In this document: in pieces, positions 58,737 to 64,000 of the stretch
How the letters are laid out: the number at the start of each line of letters is the position of its first letter
Position numbering within the stretch: position 1 is the stretch's first letter
Source: Azolla caroliniana
Taxonomy: Eukaryota > Plantae > Polypodiophyta
Assembly: GCA_043228905.1 (NCBI GenBank)
Contig: JBHGNT010000009.1
Span: forward strand, 16,988,001-17,052,000
Length of the DNA: 64,000 nucleotides
Reading direction: 5' to 3'
The notes under the pieces: generated by a model
What the model was told of the DNA's origin: nothing
Database searches by the model: none
Seen by the model: the letters and a program-made list of their open reading frames with translations, nothing else
Translations under genes and position numbers: made by a program

Positions 58737-61030
58737 GTGACCATTCGAAATGAAGGTATCAAGCCGACCATTGACGAGTTTGCAGAGACCTTTGCCGGAA
58801 GGTCGATCTATTCGGTCGGGGATCTATACTTGGGTCGGGGTATGACAAGTTTCAACTAGCCGTGGAGAGCAGGGATATTACGACGATGTGGACTCCTCTC
58901 GGCCTAGTGCGGATGTGTACCTTGCCACAAGGAGGGACCAACTCGGTGGACCACATGGTGAACTCTATGAAAAAAGTGCTAAGGGACTGCATCCCTGACA
59001 TCACCATGCCATTTTTGGACGACATACCAATAAAGGGATGTCTGATGGAAGAGAAGGATGAGTCTGTTGCACCGGACAATTGCTGAAGGTTTGTTGCGGA
59101 CCACATCACAGACTGCGAGAAGGTGCTACAAAGGCTTGAGAACGTGCAACTCAGCTTCTTCCGAGAGAGGTCAGCTTTCGGGAAATCGGAGATCCTAGTA
59201 GTCGGGCACTTGTGTAGGCCTTATGGCTGGAAACCATCTCTGACGAAAGTGGAGGCCATCTCCGCGATGAAGGACGAATGCAGGTCGGTTACAAAGGTCC
59301 GAAGGTACTTGGGGGCGAGTGCGTTCTATCACATCTGGGTTCCGCACTACGCACATGTCGTGGAACCACTCTATGGGCTGCTGAAAAAGGGGTGTAAGTT
59401 CGAATGGGGCGAGGAGCATACTGAGTTGATCCGGAGACTGAAGAAGGCGCTTACTGCGGCACCGGCTCTCCGGAAAGCGGTTTACGGCAAGGAGGTCCCA
59501 ATCTACGTAACCGTAGATACGAGCTCGACCAGGTTAGGATGGTTGGTCAATCAGGAGGATGCAAGTGGCACGCGGTTCCCGATCCGGTTCGGGGCGAAGG
59601 TTCTTAGTGAACGACAGGGAGGATACACCCAAGTTAAGCGCGAACTGTGGGGTATTGTTTCGGCAATCAAGGCCGATAAGGACTATCTAATCAGGACGGA
59701 AGTAATAATCGAGACGGACTGCCTATCGATTCTCGGTATGGTTTCCGGATGCATGAATCCGGACCTGGCAATGCTCAGGTGGATTGCGTACATCAAGTCT
59801 CTAAATCTGGAGATACGACACATCTCCGGTAAAGACAATACCATGGCCGATATGCTTTCAAGAGCACAATTTGATGATGAAGACGTCATGGTTTCGGAGA
59901 ATGAAGAGATTGACGAGGACTTCTTCGAGTCGGCTCGCATAACGGTGAGGGCTGGGAGCACTCCGGTGCTTAACGAGTTCAACGAGAACAAGTACGAAGG
60001 GGAGTGGATCCAGATCGGTGGATTCCTGAAGACGATGACGCCGGGAGCGACGTGGACAAGGGAAGAGGCTAACCGGATCAGGAGGAAACCGTACCGATTC
60101 TTCTTGCGAGACGGAAGCATATGGAAGCACCTAAAGAAGCGAAACGGAGTCCCATTGAGGGTGGTGGCAAGGAAGGAGGAGCAAGAAGCATTGCTAATGG
60201 TGTACCACGAGAGTGCTTGGGCCGGGCATTGGGGGACATGGGCCACGTTCGAGGAGCTGAAGGAGAATTACTGGTGGCCGAGACTATCCCGGGACGTGCA
60301 TCGGTTCGTAACAACTTGCGAAAGCTGTCAAATGCATTCCATAGTCTGACATCGGGACGATCTGCACCCGACTTACCCGCCGACCATCCACTTCAAGTGG
60401 ATGATGGATCTGATGACGATGCCGATGGGGGTAGGGCAGATGTGGTACTTGGTGCTGGCACAAGAAGATCTGATGAACTAGGAGGAGGGCCGAGCATTAC
60501 CGAACAAAACGATCGCGGTCGTATGCCGGTTCCTAATCGAGGAGGTGGTTTGTCTGTATGGGTGCATAGGAAAGATTGTAGCGGACCACGGGGAATTGGA
60601 TGCAGAGGAGACCAAAGGGCTATTTGGACGGTTAGGGGTTAAACTCTGGCTCACTATGGCATACAATCCGGAGGCAAATGGGAAGGTGGAAAATGGGCAC
60701 GGTTCGATCATAAAAGTGTTCGTACGGGCCTGTGGAGGCCAGGTTGGGAATTGGTCGCGGCTCCTACCGTACGCACTATGGGCAAACCGGATGACGCATA
60801 GTTCAATGACCGGGTACATGTTGGCGGAGCTGATGTACAGGCAGAAACCGGTCATGCCGGTGGAATGAACGATTTCCTTGTGGGCGGTGATAGATTGGAG
60901 GAACGAGATGAGCCGGGAAGAGTTGTTGGTGGTGCGGATTCAACAGCTCGAGCGAAGACCGGAGGACGTAGAGAAGGCAAAGACAAAGCTACAAATGGCG
61001 AGGGAGAGGAACAAAGGCCGGTTAGACCGA

Positions 61031-64000
61031 TTTCGTGCCTTTCGGCTCTTCACCGCTATTTCCTCCTCTAGGACCTTCTTCATGCCGCCTCCATATGTGG
61101 AAGAAACCTTCGGACTTCGGATTGTGACTCGCATGCTTCTTTCATAGCTTGAACCGCATCGATCTTGGTCGGTGATGGTCTTCGGCCGTAGGGTCCACAT
61201 AGATGTCCGACTACCAATATTTCTTCTTGCCCGAAGGCCGATTTCTCCCCGGAAAGTGTTAGGTGTACATCTTCTAACTTTCGAACCACTTTCTCGCAAT
61301 TGCGAATATGGTCGACTACGAACTTTCGGCATCCTCGATCATCCATAGTTTCATCTTTTTCTTCTATCGCGCATTCTTTCATCGTAATGTCATCTAGGAA
61401 TGGCATCGTTATCTCCGGAATGCAATCTTGAAGCACCTTGTTCATCGTGTTCATCATATGTGAAACTGAGTTTGTCGCTCCTTGTGGTAGTGTGCACATT
61501 CCGACTAACCCTATCGGTGTCCGCATGGTGGTGATGTCTAAGCTCTCCACAGCTAGTTGGAATTGGTCATACCTGGACTATAGGTCTTCGATGGAGTATA
61601 TCGCGCGTCTGGCAAAAGCTTCCACAAATTCGTCCACTATCGGACCGGTTGCAAGTCTTGGGTAAATCGGAGTGACCCATTCTTCTTCGGAACCGTAAAC
61701 CAATGATTTGAGTACAGAGCGTTTGATGGCTCTAGAGTCCCCATCGCCACCTTCTCCTTGAGCAAGTCAATGATTTTGGGAATATGCGCCCGCGGCACCA
61801 GAATCGGCTTCAGGTTCCACGACACATGGTCAATCGTGAAGATCACCATTGGCCAACTGCAACTTATCCTCTACTTTTCGGTATTCTTTCTTCTTTCATC
61901 CGGTTACAGCCGTGTACGTAGATGCCCCATCCGGACCGATTCGTACTTGTTTTGCTCCGAGAGTTTTCTTCCTGTATGGGGTCTCAAGGCTTGTTGGACT
62001 ATCACTTCCCCACTCCGCAACAGTCCGCTCTAAAACTTCATTCTTGTTTGGGACAAGAGATTTGCCGGCACCGTTAGGAATTGGACGGATTTCCCTCCAT
62101 TTTGGATCCGAATTCGTGCAAAAGCCGCATCGCTATCGAGCACCTTTGTCTCCATCTGTGAAGCCGGGATAAAGGGTTGCCCGAGGATCACGGAGTGTGA
62201 GACCTCGTCTTATACGAAGAAATTTTGGTCGATCTCGAGATCTCTGATCTTCACCGTCACATCCGGACAAGCTGCAAATAGATCTTTCGTTGCTTTAGTG
62301 GCCGCCCGAATCTTCCATCCATGATTGGTGTTAATAGGTCACTTCCCCTTCCGGTAGAACTCCGTAGACATCAAATTGATCTCTGATCCGTGCCCAATCA
62401 ATGCTAGCATGGGCTCTTTGATGTTGCCGATTCGGACTGGAGTCTTGGTAGTTGCACACGCCCAGTGTGGCTTTGTATAGTGGGAATTCGGAATCTCGTC
62501 CTCCACTTCGGTGTCGTTCATCAGAACGGTATTTGCATTCACCATCAACACATTTTCTTCCATAGTTTGTCTTTTTCTTTTCATGAGATCCACAAGAAGA
62601 TCATGGAACTCCTTTTTTGCTATTCCGAGTAGTTCCCAAAGCGAAAAATCTACTCGGCTGTCGAGGATTTTCTCCTCAAACACTTTCTTTATGTCCGTCC
62701 GTTGCTCGATGTCCGAAGCGAGTTTCAATGTCAGAATCATTTTTCCTTTCCCTCTTCTGTCGGACTTCCAACTCTCCGATGTCTTCGATGGTCCGGTCAC
62801 ATCCTCCGTGCGTCACTGCTTCTCATCCACATACACCTAATGTAACTGACATAGGGCGTATACGCTATTCTTATTGACAGGGCACTCCCATCCCGTAGCT
62901 TCCCCAAATGCCTTCCGCGGTGCTTCGGATCTCGTTGGAGTCGGGTTTCTCGGTGTTTTCTAGCACTTCCGGCCAAAAAGACACATTTACTCCCAATGAC
63001 TCCCCAACACGTATTCCCGCGGTTGTCGCGTAATTGCTCTTCACCGCTATTTCCACCTCTAGGACCTTCTTCATGCCGCCTTTTCAAAAGTTCGGTCAGA
63101 GCGGTTTCCGAGAGTCCATCGAATGAATCTGATTTCCCTCGTAGTAGATAAGATCCTGTCGTAGCGCTTCCTTGTGCTCGTTGCAATCCCTCCAATCATG
63201 TTCGGTGCTATCGCACCATATGCACCGACGGTCCATATACTTGGAACTTGTGGGACGGTCATCCGACTTCTTCACCATCGCAATTTTCAGATTCTCCATC
63301 TCCTTCAGCAATTGCTCCACCGTGGTTGCATCGATTCCCTTCTCGTTCGTAGTCTCCCGAGCCCACGGTTGATGGTTTTCCGATCCAGATCTCGGTTTCA
63401 GAATCGGTTCTGAAACCCTCTTTTCTTCGTTGGCAAGCCATTGGCCCCTCTTTGTGTATCGCGCGACGATATCCCGCACGCTTTCCCATGTTTCGGTGAG
63501 GCCACTCTTGGTAGTCATGTCCTCTAGAAGCACTCCAAGATCCTTCCGGTCCCGGACGTCTACGGCTCGTAAGAACATGATAACTTTGTCCGGTGCGAGG
63601 ATAGCTTGATCTCTCCCAGACAACCTTCCGAACTGACTTTCGAATGCCGAAAACACATCGAGGACCTTCATCCCCTTGTCCGGCGTTTCCACCCAATCCT
63701 CGAATCCTGTCCACGTTGCCTTGGAGGAGTCCTCGATAGGGAACGTGGTCTTTAGCGCCTCTTTAAACGCTTCCCACATCGGATTTTGTTGTCGTAGCCC
63801 GTGGATACTTGCTTGAAGCCCGTCGGTAGCCACCCGGTTGAAGGATGTCACTTGCAGTCCTTCCGAAATCCCGCACCGTAGCATTTTCGCCTTGTAGTTC
63901 CGAAGATAGCATGATACGTCCTTTCCATTGAATTGCCCGATCCGTTGCACGAGCCGCTCTACTGCCACCGCTATCTCCGACATCGCACGTTGTACTTGAA
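61031..64000 (-). mobile_element. Third Trp-group Gypsy (same family as 3326-25593), rearranged, runs off the window
   Basis: gag 63096-63983 (CIWCDSTEHDWRDC); protease/RT fragments closely similar to 11348-13600; an ~18-bp LTR terminus (reverse complement GAGCCGAAAGGCACGAAA) at 61031-61048. Confidence 0.85.

Larger units (their letters stand above)
49852..61030 (+). mobile_element. Second tRNA-Trp-primed Ty3/Gypsy, degenerate; 3' end not in the window
   Basis: LTR 49852-50483; perfect Trp PBS 50488-50504; gag (CMWCDVVGHSRREC), protease, RT (FLDDIPIKG), RNase H and integrase (AYNPEANGKVE); interrupted at 53521 and 61030. Confidence 0.9.

Overview
Eukaryotic land-plant heterochromatin with no host protein-coding gene; a moss-like origin is my inference from the retroelement types. 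The backbone is a tandem array derived from tRNA-Phe(GAA), in four same-strand blocks (1-3325, 25594-29072, 41671-43080, 49668-49851). Its ~100-140 bp monomer is a tRNA-Phe gene plus a ~55-67 bp spacer. Seven diverged monomers (A-G) form an 897-bp higher-order repeat in which only monomer A still looks like a tRNA gene (10 copies, 3 perfect). Nested LTR retrotransposons have inflated the array: tRNA-Trp-primed Ty3/Gypsy elements with 4-bp CG-centred target sites (including a very young gag-only element and a solo LTR), a chromovirus, an Athila/Tat-like element with an extra ORF, and five Ty1/Copia copies. Several independent tandem amplifications (73, 84, 223, 251, 329 and 756 bp) affect both the satellite and the TEs. 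Coordinates and counts were read by eye and may be off by a few bases.
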